Shown here: one piece after another, positions 22,377 to 36,642 of the stretch
How positions within the stretch are numbered: position 1 is the first letter of the stretch
How the letters are laid out: every line of letters starts with the position of its first letter
Assembly: GCF_002105155.1 (NCBI RefSeq)
Contig: NW_019028993.1
Span: forward strand, 434,001 to 498,000
DNA: 64,000 bases
Origin: Lobosporangium transversale
Taxonomy: Eukaryota
Reading direction: 5' to 3'
The notes under the pieces: model-generated
Seen by the model: only the letters and a program-made list of their open reading frames with translations
Database searches by the model: none
What the model was told of the DNA's origin: nothing
Translations under genes and position numbers: made by a program

Positions 22377-24201
22377 AGAGGAGAACGTAACTTCAGCAAA
22401 AAAAAAAAAAAAAGAAAAACTGGTCGAGCCATGAATATTTTGATTCCATATGGCGCGAACTTTTGTAGCATATGTACAATAAAAAAAAAAGATCTTCCCT
22501 CTCTAAGACAAAAAAAGCGGTGTATTATATATATTGTTTTGGAGAGAGTACAGCCAGTTTTACATTAATTGGTATTTAGTTACAATTGTGGGCTTCACTT
22601 TGACTTCATAGATCTATTAAATACCTTGGAATGAATTAGTGGACTATTAATTCTTTGTTAATTAGAGAATGCATGAACGTAGGACAAAGAATGCTTTCCA
22701 AATACTCACCATACCTTTTCCTACCCATTCGTTATCTGACAGAATAAAAGTGGATTAAGAAGACTCTAGTAGACAGGTCGCTCAAGAAGATGGTGGAAAG
22801 TAGTAGAGGAGTGGAGACGCTTCCTTGCAAGACATGCTTTGGTTGGAGTCTCCATGCTTCAACGGACGAACTCGGGCATTTCATAGTCTATCGAGTTTTT
22901 TTTTTTTTTTTTTTTTCACAAAGTGAAATGAAGATATTAAGCAGCCATATCCTGACAACTGAAGCAACTGAAGCAACCAAAGCAATTATCTATTCTGGTT
23001 GCCGTGAACCAAGTATAATAAATCCATGCTGCTGAGGCTCGGCCTCTTTTCTTGTTCATGTTCTCGCCTCATTTTTATCATCCTACTCTCAGCTTTACTT
23101 TACGGTATTACAAACTATCCTAATATTCATATTTACAGCTTGACCATCTCAAGAATGATAACAAGTTTCGCAGCAGCACTCGTGGCCACAGCCGCATCTA
23201 AGTAGCATCCATCATGACCATCACATAAATACCAAGCTCTGATTAAAACATAAATGCATAATGCGTCGGCTTTGATAGATCGACATTTCCACTCTTCTAA
23301 ACATATGTGCAAGGTTTGACTAAGAGAAGTCCCAACGGTTGGATCAGTGGCGTTGATCATCCTTACTCCGATGCGGCTATGCGATTTTGTTCCCATGCTA
23401 GAGACACATAAAATATGGTGAGCGGATTGTAGATGCTCATTCATAAAGAACTAAAGAACATCCCTCTTTATTAGGGAACAGTTGTGCAAACCGGCTTTGT
23501 GTCTATGAAGTCTTAGAAAGCTACCGTTATAATATTTTTACCCTGTTCTTGAGAAGGAAAACAATTCAGGCACCTGGAAGAAATAGCAATAAATCGAACG
23601 TATTCAGTCTTTGTTTTTTTTTTTTTTTTTTGGCCCTCCTCATGTAGTCAAGCAGAATGACATTTAGGATGCGCAAGAGAATGTCATCGGGAGATTCCTA
23701 AATTCCTGTCAAACGAACTCAGCCATAAGAAATACACATGCTTCAATAAGTATAATACGTAATGCTCATGCACTACGAGTTGCAATATCTATGGAGCCTC
23801 CTCGCTATTGACGCTATTGTTCAAACACAGGGAGAGGAAGAAGTGAGTGATCCTCTATTTTAAATTAAGCTTGTCGGAAACATTCCCTTTTTCAGTGTTG
23901 TCCGTCCTACTGCGCATATATACACACATAAAAGCTCCTCTAGAGAACCATAGGCACTTTATGCCCACGCATTTGGAGATATTATGATTTGTGAGTGACA
24001 ATCTCACGCCGCTTTTAGTCCGATCTTTTCTTTCTTTTTTTTTCTATGTAGAATGCTCCTTTTATTTTTTGTTTACATCCTCTTCATCACTTCGCTTTAT
24101 GAAAAGGATATAAAACGGTAAAAAAAAAAAGAGAAAGAGAAAGAAAAAAGAAAACAAAAAAGAAAATCCAATCCTTCCAACAGCCAATAAGGAAACTAGT
24201 C

Positions 24202-26479
24202 ATGACTACCGAAACGACAAAGCCTTCCAGGACATCAGAAACTCCAGTTCTCATCAGCGGTGCAGGACCCGTGGGAACTCTGGCGGCCATTATGCTCACC
24301 CGGCTTGGAATACCCTGTAGACTAATCGAACGTGAACTCGAAGTCTCACCTATGTCTAAGGCCCTATCACTTCATGCACGCACGCTCGAAATCATGGATC
24401 AGACAGGTCTAATTGACCGTTTCTTGGCCCAAGGCCATCCTCTCTCGATTTTTAATGTTTATTTTAATGGGGTTCATTCAGTCTTCCCAGGTTTGGCCAA
24501 CAGTATCTCACATTACAACTACGCACTATTCCAGGAACAGGCCAAGACAACAGCAATCCTGAATGGAGAACTAGAGGCTCATGGCGGCAAGGTCGATCGA
24601 GGCTGGGAACTCATGGATACTAAAGTAATAGAAGACCAGGCTAGTGGTCAGACTTGGGTAGAAACCATTATTCGAAGAGCTTTGGATGGCAGCAATATCA
24701 GGTCAACAGAGAGTAAGGTCTTGGGAGAAATAGAACTGGACGCAGAGCAAGCTGGCAAAAAGTATGAGATTGAAGTAGTCCGATCTCAGTATTTGATAGC
24801 AGCAGATGGTGGTAAATCAGTGGTCCGACATAAGCTTAGCATCCCATTTCCAGGAAGGACACTTGAAAATAATATTATTCTCTTTGATGGCGATATTGAA
24901 ACGGATCTAGAGTTAGGTGATATCACGTAAGTCTGACAGACATTTCTTTTTGAAAATCAGTTGACAAATATTGTTCTCGGTGATGTTGTTCTAACATGAT
25001 ATTTTTGTATAGCGTGATCAATGGTAAAAATAATCAGACAATGAACATATTCCCATTGAGTACTGGGAATGTTCGTATCATGGTAGATGCCAGCCATCTT
25101 GATCGAACCAAGCGGCCCACAAACGAGGACCTCGAAAAGATTGCACAGGCTACAGCTGACCCTTACAAGTTCAAGATCAAGGGCAGTAGCTGGTTGACGT
25201 TTTACAGAGTAAACGAGCGTCAAGCAGCTTCATACTCCTACAAGAACAGGATCTTTTTGGCGGGCGATGCTGCTCATGTGCATTCACCTGCTGGAGGACA
25301 AGGCATGAATTTGGGGCTACAAGGTATAAACAAAATAAAGCAATTAGGCAAGATCAGGGATTATTTTTTAAGACGCAATGACGGAATAGTAATTTTTTTT
25401 AACCTTTAACGCTATTTCTCTTTTTAGATGCCTACAATTTGACTTGGAAGTTGGCATTGGTCTTGAATAAGCTTTCTACTCCTAAGATACTTGAAACTTA
25501 CGGAGAGGAGCGTATTCCTGTCGCAAGGGATGTGATCAACATGTCCTCTAGGATGTTTGCGACTGGATTCTCGCAGAAGCTCTATCACAGAATTATTCGT
25601 AAGAGCGTAACTACATTTGCATCTTTTCTTCTTCGCTTTATTGCTGTCCCAGCGGCTACTGTTTCTATGGTAAGATGTCCGTTTATATAAAAGAAAGATA
25701 CAACAAGAAAAGCTTGAAATGTTCACAACATGTTTACTCATGACCCATTTCCTTTGAATATATAAATATGTATAAAGTTGTCCATCAGGTATAATGAGAA
25801 CGCTATTAACCAGCCTCACAAGACCCAGCGCAAGCCAGCTGAAGAGTATCAAGTGGGCCAGCGTGCTCATGATGGCCCTTTGCTCAGGGTATTGCCTGGT
25901 GGTCAGACAAGCCAGGAAACTGTACGCCTGCACCAACTGATCCATGGGCCAGGCACCTTCCATATCCTGGTCTTTACTTCTGATATGCTCAGGACCACTG
26001 CCTCAACATCAAAACAAGCGGATCATCAGGGCATTGCCTTCACAACCGAATCTCAGCTGAGGAAAAATCTGGAGTACTACCTTCGAGAATGGGCTTCCAA
26101 ATGGGCTTATGGAGCTGTTCATTTTAGTACATCATCTCAAACAGAATTGACAGAAAGGCAAACGAAGAGCAAGCGACCCATGTTTAATGTGCATGTGATT
26201 AGCGCTCTGGCAGAGACCATCTCTGGGCCTGATTTCAAAGATCCTTCCAAAATTCGTGCTGATTCTCTAGCCAATAAGGAACCAGGCAAGGGCAGGCTGT
26301 ATTTTGATCATTTGAGAATTGTGCATGAGCGATATGGGGTTCCCGTGAAGACGGGCTCTGGAGCCATCGTGGTCATCCGTCCAGATTCACATGTAGGGTA
26401 CAGAGTGCTGGGTACGAATGAATCTGCATGGATGGATGTGGATCAGTACTTGAAGTCAATCTTTGATGCTTGTCCCTAG
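24202..26479 (+). CDS. FAD-dependent monooxygenase (PheA/TfdB, FAD_binding_3 type) copy 1; exons 24202-24926, 25013-25323, 25428-25669, 25778-26479
   Basis: ISGAGPVG (GxGxxG), AADGGKSVVR (DG), [24 protein letters not shown] (GD) and C-terminal VVIRPDSHVG. Confidence 0.92.
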
Positions 26480-27211
26480 ATTCATCTTACGAGTATTAGC
26501 GTTAAATTGAGAAATAAATGAAGTATTACAAGCAATAGAGAGGCGATGTGGAATATATTGTGCCTTCCAAAGATGAGGAAGTTAGGGGAGTGAAGAGTGG
26601 ATACTATGGTTTAACAATCTACATGTAGGTAAACCTGCATAAGCTCGGAAGCCTTGTAAGGTAAGGAAGAAAAGGCTGCGCAGAAGCAGATGACGATGGA
26701 AAATCAAGGGACCAAAGGGTTTGTGAGCACTCCAAAGTAGATGGTGAGACAACGGAAAATTTTACATGCATGTAAAACCAAAGTCGACAGGCGGGAAAAG
26801 ATACAACCGTTGGAAATAAGCCTGTCACAGAACCATGTTCACGTTAAGCATTTTATTTTTTTATCGTAATGTTTCAAAGATGCATAATATAAAATATTAT
26901 TGAAAAAGAGATCGACTGCGCGCGCGGTGGGGCCACGCAATACATGAACGCACGACGACGGAAAGCATAAATCATTGTCTGACCCTCCGGAAGAATTGTC
27001 AGAGACTTAGAAAAGAAAGTGAAAAAAAAAAAAAAAAAAGCTCTGCACACGGACCAAAGTCTTGTGGTAGCTCTTGCAACATATAAATTTCACTTCTTTT
27101 CCCCTTCTTCCGATCTTTAAACTACTCAACTCACATCCAAAAAGTTAAAGTAAAAAGGAAATACAATATCTATACATACTTAAAATATCCATCGCTATAT
27201 TGACTCCACTC

Positions 27212-29730
27212 ATGTCTTCCCCTCCGCCCCATATCGATATTCCAGTCCTCATTTCTGGTGCTGGTCCTGCTGGTCTTTTTGCAGCCATTCTGCTTACAAA
27301 ATTAAATGTCCCATGTCGAGTGGTCGAGCGCCACCTTAAAGTCTCCCCTCTCTCCAAGGCTCTCGTGGTCCATTCACGGACGATGGAGAACTTTGCGATG
27401 TGTGGTATCCTAGACAGGTTCCTAGCTCAAGGAAAGCGTGTATCCGAGTTCCATGCTTATAATGGAGCCAAGCCTGTCGCAATCATCCCCGCACTCACCA
27501 CTAAGGAATCTCATTACGGCTTTGGATTGTTTTTAGAGCAGCTCAAAACGACCAATATTCTAACAGAGGAATTGGAATCCTTGGGGATGAAAGTCGATCG
27601 AGGATGGGAATTGATGGACACAAAAGTTGTGGAAGATCCGGAAGACAAGACTCGATCATGGGTCGAGACAAAGATCCGTCGAGCCTTGACCGGAACCAAC
27701 ATTCGGGAGACAGAGAACAAAGTGTTGGGCGTAGTTGAAGAAGATCCAGAGGAGGTAGGCAAGCAGTATGAAGTCCAAATCGTACGATCTCAGTACCTGA
27801 TTGCCTCCGATGGCGGCAGATCTGTAGTGCGCCACAAGTTGAACATCCCATTTCCAGGAATAACCCTGGATAACAACATTCTCATTTATGATGGAAATGT
27901 TGAGTCGGACTTTCCCTTTGAGAACATTACGTAAGTTGAACCAGAAAAAAAGAGTATATGAAAGTAGGTGTGGGAAAAATATTTTATTGTAAAATGTGAT
28001 CTGAGTGCATTATCTGTTTTATACAATTATTTACCAACTTATATACGTCAGTGTTGTGAATGGTGCAAATAATCATATTATGGCAGCGTTCCCACTGCTG
28101 GATGGACAAATCCGTATCATACTCGATAACGGCACCTTGACTCCAGAACAACATGCTGCGCTCAAATCTGAGGAGCCGACATTGGAAAAGTTCCAGGAAT
28201 TGGTATCAGCTTGTGTTGCACCTGCGAAACTCAAGTGTCTCGATAGCAGTTGGTTGACATACTACCGCGTCAATGAGAGGCAGGCAGAGCATTTTGCGTA
28301 CAAGAACAGGGTTTTTTTAGTTGGGGACGCTGCTCATGTGCATTCTCCCGCTGGTGGCCAAGGTACTCGATTTATACTTTTTTGTTTGCTTGTGACAAAT
28401 CCTCCCATTTTTTAACTCTCTAATGAATCTGAATATGGTGTGTGTGTACTCACATTGCTGATCTCTGTTAGGAATGAATTTGGGGCTTCAAGACTCTTTC
28501 AATCTGGCATGGAAGATGGCCCTCGTTTTCCATGGAAATGCACCTGAAAATATCCTTGAAACTTATGAAATTGAGCGCAAAGTAAGAAGCAAAAAAAAAA
28601 AAAAAAAAAAAGGCCATGGGTGCCTTTGTCCAGTGTTCTAATTTATGGCATTGGTCTCGTTTTATTTCTTCTCTCTTTTATGATATCAGCCTGTAGCAGA
28701 TGGAATCATCAAGCTGTCACACAGCATGATTGGGATGGCCATGGGCAACGATTTTATTACGAGAACTATCAGGAATATTGCATTTACTATAGCTCCATAC
28801 GTTGCTCCTTATCTCACTACTCTCTCTCCCGACAATAATCCGGTTCCTATGGTATACCAAACAGACCATTGTCGACTTTTACCTTTATTCCCTCTTATCT
28901 ACTACGATACGTGGCATTAACAGTCGCTTTTATTCATTTTTTTATTTTTCTCGCGTCTTTAACAGCTGAAGATTAGGTACCACGAAAATGCCATCAACCA
29001 ACGTTCAAAGTCACAGATATCTGTCTCCGAGGACTTCCAAGTAGGTCAGAGAGCTCGCGATGGTGATTTACAGGTCATCGAGAAACAGGATCTGGGGTAC
29101 GCGCCGGTGGAAGGCGTGGTTGTGCGACTTCACGAGTTGATGCCTGGTCCAGGTATTTTCCATATCCTGGTCTTTACCTCGGACAACTTCCTCTCACCAA
29201 AGCCAGCGGCCAAAAAGAGTACCCCTGAGTCTATCGATTCAGCAGAAGAACTATCCAATGAGATCCGGACCCATCTTCAGGCCTGGGGGTCAAGGTGGGC
29301 ATATCCTTTGATTGATTCAAATACGGATGCGGCACATCAAGCGGTGAATCATAACGATTCTGGAGCATCATCACCTGCGCGGTCGTCAGCAGCGATCCCC
29401 TTTGAACCCAAAGTAAAATCACTATTTATGGCTCATGTCATTAGCTCAGTTTCGCAGTGCCATGGTGGACAAAATGGTATCAATAGGGTTAATCAGCAAA
29501 CACAAGCACAGGGCATCAATGCACTCTTGGTCAACAACCCAGGAGAGGGCAAACTGTACTTGGACCAGACCGGGCTGCTGCATCAAAAGTATGGAGTGGA
29601 TGCTAAACATGGACCAGGAGCCATCATTGTCGTCAGACCGGATTCACATATTGGATACCGCGTCCTTGGTACCAACAAGGGATCATGGGAGGAAGTTGAC
29701 CAATACTTTGAATCTATTCTTGTTAAGTGA
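27212..29730 (+). CDS. FAD-dependent monooxygenase copy 2; exons 27212-27930, 28052-28362, 28472-28581, 28690-28851, 28966-29730
   Basis: [39 protein letters not shown] and VVRPDSHIG. Confidence 0.92.
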
Positions 29731-30083
29731 ACAAAAAAAAAAAGAAATGTGTGGGCAAGGATGTTATGAACTGTCTTTTCACAGAGCTAGTGAAGGATGA
29801 ATAAATCAATTTTAATTTGACCGAAATCGGTTTTGATGTGAGGGGTTTATTTGCGTGGCTGCGCTATCGAGGTTTAACACCAAGTGTTTATTTGGAGGGT
29901 GATACCCCGTTTAGTGGATAAGAATACGCAATTGGAGTCTGAGGTGTCATTGATTAATAAAACTGAGTTGGCCTTTCTTATTATCCGACTAGATTTTTTT
30001 AAGGTTGCCCAATAAAAAAGAAAATGGAATACGGCATTCGATACCACATTTTGAAAAACAGTGAGACTGGAGTGTATCGCCAA

Positions 30084-30255
30084 TTTCATTTGGTCATGAT
30101 ACCTTATATTTTTAATGTAAAAACGATGATTGAATTGTTCTGATGGCATTTCACTGCGTGACGGACTTGCAACAATACTCGCAACAAGCGAGCCAATTGG
30201 CTGCCAATACACTCGAAAGTATTCAAAAAATATAAGGTATCATGACCAAATGAAA
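30084..30255. mobile_element. MITE-like element: perfect 30-bp inverted repeat (30084-30113 / 30226-30255) around a 112-bp spacer
   Basis: TTTCATTTGGTCATGATACCTTATATTTTT and its exact reverse complement. Non-coding, with no clear TSD. Confidence 0.6.
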
Positions 30256-30613
30256 CGGGCTACATGTCATCAAATGCTATTCAGATATTAGAGACCTTGA
30301 GCACCGATAAAAAGCAGGGTAAGGGTTTTAACCGCCAATTCAATGAGTATTGTAGAATGTATTTCGGTTATGATAACTAAGCAATGGGAGAGTGTAAACC
30401 TGAATTGTTTCTCAAATCGTACCTCTTATCGGAGGATGTCTTATACTCCTGTCGGTAGCAGTAATGTCACATTTCATACGAATGTACTCCTTATGAAGAT
30501 CACACTATACATTTATAAAGGTGCCTTCATACCGCCTCATCTCTAATTCAGAATGAAGAAAATCATTTCTTCACATTCATGCCGTTCAGTTTTATCCTAT
30601 CCAACATCACATC

Positions 30614-31491
30614 ATGATGACCGCCCCTGCTCCTTCTAATTTCCCTGTCAACTCTTCGTACTCTTCTATACACTCACAAAGCAGTACTAATGGCGCCGTA
30701 GCCTCAGTTCCTATCTTGATATCGGGTAGTGGTCCCGTAGGTCTCTTCGAGGCCTACTTGCTCACAAAACTAGGGATTCCTGTCCGCATCATTGAACGTG
30801 CGATGGCTATTTCTCCCTTATCCAAGGCTCTGGGCCTCCAAGCCCGGATCCTCGAGATTTTTGAATTTACCGATTTGGTCGATAAGGCCCTTGAGAGGGG
30901 ACGGCCTGATACTCACCTTCAGTTCTACTATGGAACTAAGCATTTGGTGACACTCCCAGCTTTGGGCAATATTGACTGCTATTACCGCTATTGTCTTTTC
31001 ATGGAACAGTCCAAGGTATCGGAGATTTTGGTAGAGGAGCTTGAAAAGATGGGGGTGAAAGTCGATCGTGGTTGGGAGCTCATTGACACAAAAGTGGTTG
31101 AGGAGGAAGTGGAAGAAGAAAAAGTAGAATGGAAGGGAGATGAAGAGATAGCTGAAATGGATGGCGGCAAGAAAAAGATCAGGAAGAGGACGAAAAAATC
31201 ATTTGTAGAAACCACAATCCGACGAGACCGTTCGGGAGACGATACCACTGCAAATGAACCAAAACTGCTTGGAGATGTCAATCCGCTTACAGAGCAGGCA
31301 ACTAAGGAATATGAAGTGCAAGTAGTTCGTTCTGACTATCTAGTCGCTGCTGATGGCGGGCGGTCGACTGTCCGACAAAGGCTCAACATTGGATTCCCAG
31401 GACGTACGCTCGACCTTAAGATATTCTTGTGGGATGGTACATATGAGGGCGATCTCGAAATCAAGAATGTGATGTAAGTTTAATTTTTTAT

Positions 31492-31527
<36 letters not shown>

Positions 31528-32990
31528 ACGTTGATCCTTTCACTCTTAATTGATATTCAACTTTTATGCCCTCTATTAGGTTCCTGCAAGGTGTCAACAG
31601 AAAATTCATTACCGCTTTCCCTCTGAGCAATGGCCAAGTGCGTATCACGATCGAAGGCTTCACCATTGAACCGGGGGAAGACCTTGAGCAGACTATCAAG
31701 GAACTTACATCCGAAAGATTTGAGGAGCTAGTAAATGAATGCATTGCACCCAAGAAATTAAAGATCAAGGAGACATCCTGGCTGACGGCTGTCAAGGTGA
31801 ACGAACGCCGTGCAGAGCATTTTGTCTACAAAAATCGCATCTTTTTGACAGGAGATGCAGCTCACATCCATTCTCCTGCTGGCGGTCAGGGCCTGAACAC
31901 GGGCCTATGTGATGCGCACAACTTGGCTTGGAAACTGGGATTAGTCATCAATGGTTTGGCGCCCAAGGCTCTGTTGGAGACCTACGCAGAGCGAGAGCCC
32001 GCGGCAGATAGGTCCATTGCAGTGTCATCGAAAATTTTCAGGAATAGAGCCGCAGGGTATTTCTCAGCGCTTCAAGGGCGCTTATTTACGACTCTAGCTC
32101 CATTGATCTTTGGCGTCATGAAAGCGCTTTCACTTACGACTGACCTCAGCATGGTAATGGGAATAATTATTAGATTGGCTGAGAGTGTTGTTTGCTTAAG
32201 GATTTCTATGGTTATTTTTGGACAAATGGATACTACTATCTAATGGAACGCTCTATGTTGTATTCTGTCATATCATAAGATTGACATTCGGTATAATGAA
32301 AATGAAATCAATAGACGTCATTCAGTCCAGCCCGTGCCTGAGTCCGAATTTCAAGTCGGCGTGCGCGCCCGAGATGGCACCATTTGTCCGATCCCTACAG
32401 TATGTAGTGAAATACATAATAGCGTTGATTTGGAGCCCATCCGTCTCCACCAGATCCTACATGGTGTAGGTCGTTTCCACATTCTAGTATTCACTTCCGA
32501 TATGTTATTGACATCCAAAACAAGCGCGTCTGTCAGTGTTATTCAGGGTGCTAGTACCACGACTGCAAAGGAGCTTGAGCATAACATTAACAGATATCTA
32601 TCCCACTGGCGTGCCAAATGGTCATATACTTCTAAGGTTGATGACGGTTACGAGGACCACAAGGATCTCTTCAAGCTCCATGTCATTAGTGGCGGCTTCG
32701 GGTCAATCACTGAATTGCTACGCGGCACTGGCGACGATACGGGGGACAGCAGTAGTAAAAGCAAGAGCTTCCATGTGTTGGCCACTAAAAGCTTGGGTGA
32801 TGGGAAGTTATTTTTGGACAGTACAAAAGCATTGCATCGAAAATATGGCTTTAGTTGGAGCAAAGGTTCAGGGGGGATTGTGGTTATTCGACCTGATTCA
32901 CATATTGGGTACCGTGTAGTGGGGGCAGCTAACCCAGCGTGGATGGATGTTGAGGAATATTTTACTTCCATATTGGCACCAACGAGATAG
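30614..32990 (+). CDS. FAD-dependent monooxygenase copy 3; exons 30614-31473, 31580-32153, 32280-32990
   Basis: [39 protein letters not shown] and VVIRPDSHIG. Confidence 0.92.
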
Positions 32991-35036
32991 GTATTGAATG
33001 TACTTAAAGGCATAGATAGTGTATGCACTCTACTCGAGTCCATTGCTTGCGCACCATTAGCATTTAACTTAGGCCTTATAGGCGTCATTCCTTGAAAGAA
33101 GAATGTGCATAAACTTATTGTCTGAAACTTGATGTCCCTTGTAGGTGTTCATAGTTGCTATGGCCACCAAAGAACCACTCATTCGATCAGTAATCATCCT
33201 AACTCCTTAAATTAACCACTTTAGTCAACCGCCACGTATCTCGACCGAGTAAGATTTTTGAAAAATAAGGGACAAGCCTAGCCAGTGTGAAATTGCATTA
33301 GTTAAAAATGGATCCAAGGGCTACCCTTCAACTTCATTTGCAATAAGCATATGGGCCCACAAATTACGATGTTGAGGGTCAACTATCCCAAGTTTCGAGA
33401 ATCCTATTCTGGTTTTCACAAGCACCTGTCATGTAGTGAAAAAAAAAAAAAAAAAAAAAAAAAACGCTTGCTTCAACTTAAAATCCTGCTCTGTCTGCTT
33501 AATGGTGTCCTTTTTGCATGGGTTGATTAGAATTGAGAAGACAAGTTGGGAAAGGATCTTTTGAATGAATGAACAGAGCCTTCTCATGTGTTAGTGAGAG
33601 CAGTTTGCCATGTTCCTTTGCTTCAATTTCGAACATGGAATGGCCTGTGCGTTTCTTTCTTTTTTTTTCTGGCTGCGCCACGACAAAGAGCAAATGGAGT
33701 CTGGAGCAATAATTATCGTTAGCAATATTCAGGAGTCAACGGAAGCGAGACCAAGGGGTCAAAACCACTTCCTTTATGGTGAACTGAGTTTGATTTCTTA
33801 CACATGCTTGATCAGACGTAGTGGTGATGAATGGCCGCTCCGTTTTTGGAGACTTTCTGTTGGTTAGTGCTATCTGGTTGATTTCTTTGCTCTTCAGGCT
33901 ACCGAGTTGTTTTTAAATAGGGCACAGTTCTCAATTAAGCCCAATGGTAACATTTATTTCATGTATAGTATGAGGTCTCCTTTCTCACATTGGAGGCACT
34001 TGCAGCTGACGAAACCAGGAGCATTCTTAGAACCCCATACTTTTTTATTTTTATTTCCTTCCCCTTCTTCCTCTCCCCCAGCTATTTCAAATTGCCATTA
34101 CAAAACATCTTTTCCTATCCCACATGTGTATTTCTCTCTCGGATATCCCAAAAGTGCAATTTCAGAGAAATTAAACTATGATATTGGTTATATGAAAATG
34201 GGCTCCAAAGTATTATTTGGCCACAAATTCGTTTGTTGCCACGTCTCTATTCGCACCATTCAACACATGCTCTTTTAATCATGTATCGTCTATATTTTTC
34301 GTATTATCCCACACCATGAGAGCAATAAAAGAAGGTAAAATGAGAAAGGAAAAAAAAAGGATCTGTCACTGCCTCATGATGGGCTGAAGAGAGAAGGTTT
34401 TCTTTTCTTTGGAATAAGCACCACATTTGCAGTTACATGAGAAAGAAAAAAAGCGCCCTGTGCAGCGAATGGGCTGCACTTTTTAAGTTACTAATAATAA
34501 ATTCTTTATGAGCATCATTATGATCTTTCACCCCCTGTCATCGATGTCATTGAAAAGATCGGATTACATATGCATTTTACCCCCGCCTTTGTCTAAGCAT
34601 AGCATTTGAATCAAAATATATACATTTGCATACATTATACATGATGAACACAACATTCACAATAAAAGTTTTTCATTAAATGACAAAATGTAATGTATTC
34701 TCGAACGTCTTTTCGAATACTTTGTTCTGCTGACTTCGCCCTTCCCCCTTTTTTTGTACTTCATCACACATTTGCCATCACTGGCAACGTCTACTTTTTT
34801 TCTTTTTCTTTGCTTCTTTTGCTTTCTCTTTCTCTTCTTCTTACCCTTTCACTTTCTGTTCATCAACTTATTATCAACGTCCACACCAATCCACATCTAT
34901 CCACATATATTTCCACACATTTCCTTTCAGCTTATTCTACCTCCGTCGTATTCCCAATTTCTCTGACCTGTAGCAAAATAAGTTTACACTCACACAAACT
35001 AGCTCTCCACAGCCTGATTACAACTGAGACAAAATC

Positions 35037-36605
35037 ATGGACCCTGAACATAACAACCCCACAGTCAGCATCACTGCAACCAATGTGCTCAGTCCAGTTC
35101 AGAATGCCGACTTTAGCAAAGAAGTCCCTGCTAATGCTAGCAGTAACATCCACACCTATAACCCCAACAGCGATGACAGCGACGATGACAGCCATTTCAC
35201 CATCAGTACCAGCCTCAAGAATTTATCTAGCGATACAACAGAATTTCTACCTTTTGTTCCTGCTCTGTCCATTTCCTCCAATACCAACACAGTTGTCTCA
35301 TCAGCACCATCCTCTCCTGACACCTTACATCCAACAACACCCACGACAGTAATAACGACAACTAATCCCACGAAAGTATCGGCAGAAGTAATAGAACAGA
35401 GTGCATCTATTACAGAATCAATAAACACATTGACTACGGTCCCTTCTACACCGCCAATCATTCTCTTGCCTCCCGTTGATATCGAGGCAGAGGCAGAATC
35501 AGAAACAAAAACAGAGATAGTGACAGCGGCAGCAACAGAATCTGCCGGACAAAAGGAAACATCAAACGAGAACTCAGACAAGGACGATAGTCATAAAGAG
35601 AACATCAATCCTGTACTTGACCGTGATAGTCATAAAAACGCAACAGCAATAGCCACACCATCTCAAAAGCAACAGGGAGTTCTTAAACCATCTAAATTAA
35701 TCAAGCCTGCAGCAGCTTCAAGTAGCGCAAAGAAGCCTTTGTCGGTATCTGCAGGAAGGGCTGCCGGAGCATCCACAGCTACTACCATATCATCCACAAA
35801 GGTCAAATCCGCCAACTCGTCTTTATCAAAGACTCCGACCTCTTCCATTAGTTCGTCATCGACTACCAGGTCCCGACCTCCGATTCCTACTAGTTTATTA
35901 AGAAGCAGCACTTCCACTTCTTCTGTTCCCACCGTAGGATCGATCTCATCCTCTCGACCTACAACACCCTCATCCACAAGAAAAACACTTGCTCCTCCTG
36001 CTATTCGTAGATCTCCTTCAACCCCAGCTTTGCCCACTTCGGCTACGACTAGTAATAGTAGTCCATCACGTACTCCAGCTACGTTAGGAAGGCGTGTTGC
36101 CTCTAGCTCTGGTGTTGCGACCGTATCATCTTTGCGTTCAAGTCCATCGGCCACTCCATCATTATCACGATCAACCAGTCAAACATCGGTCGTATCAGCA
36201 TCCGCCTCTTCTGTTGGCACAGCACGACGCACGCCTGCCTCTTCAGGAACATCCTCATCTTTGTCGACCGCAGCAGCAGCAAATAAGACATCGACAGGCA
36301 CAGCTTCAATTCCAAGTACTTTAGCCAGTCGTAGGACACCTAGTTCTACAAATCCATCCCCAAATTCTACTCTTCGACAACCTTCTACAAGTAGTAGAAT
36401 TAGTACTAACACTAGCACTAGCGCTACAACAGCTCGCAAATCACCAGCCACCTCGACCACTACCACATCAACTAGTCGTACTGCATCTGCATCCAACAGT
36501 ACTACAACTACTCGTCCGATTACGGATGCAGCCAAAGTCAAAATGCTGAGCACACAATTGAACGGACTGCAAGAGAAGGTAAAAACAGTTTCATATTTCT
36601 TACAG

Positions 36606-36642
<37 letters not shown>

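Noticed and set aside
9339..32990. EGT1, FOL1, PGM2, OCT1 and the monooxygenases as one biosynthetic cluster
   Set aside because: They belong to unrelated housekeeping pathways, no EGT2 or scaffold synthase is present, and shared orientation alone is weak evidence.
13078..32993. Stop-codon read-through or cryptic peroxisomal signals at the enzyme C-termini
   Set aside because: No TGA-CTA context and no SKL-like tripeptide was seen at or just after the stops checked.
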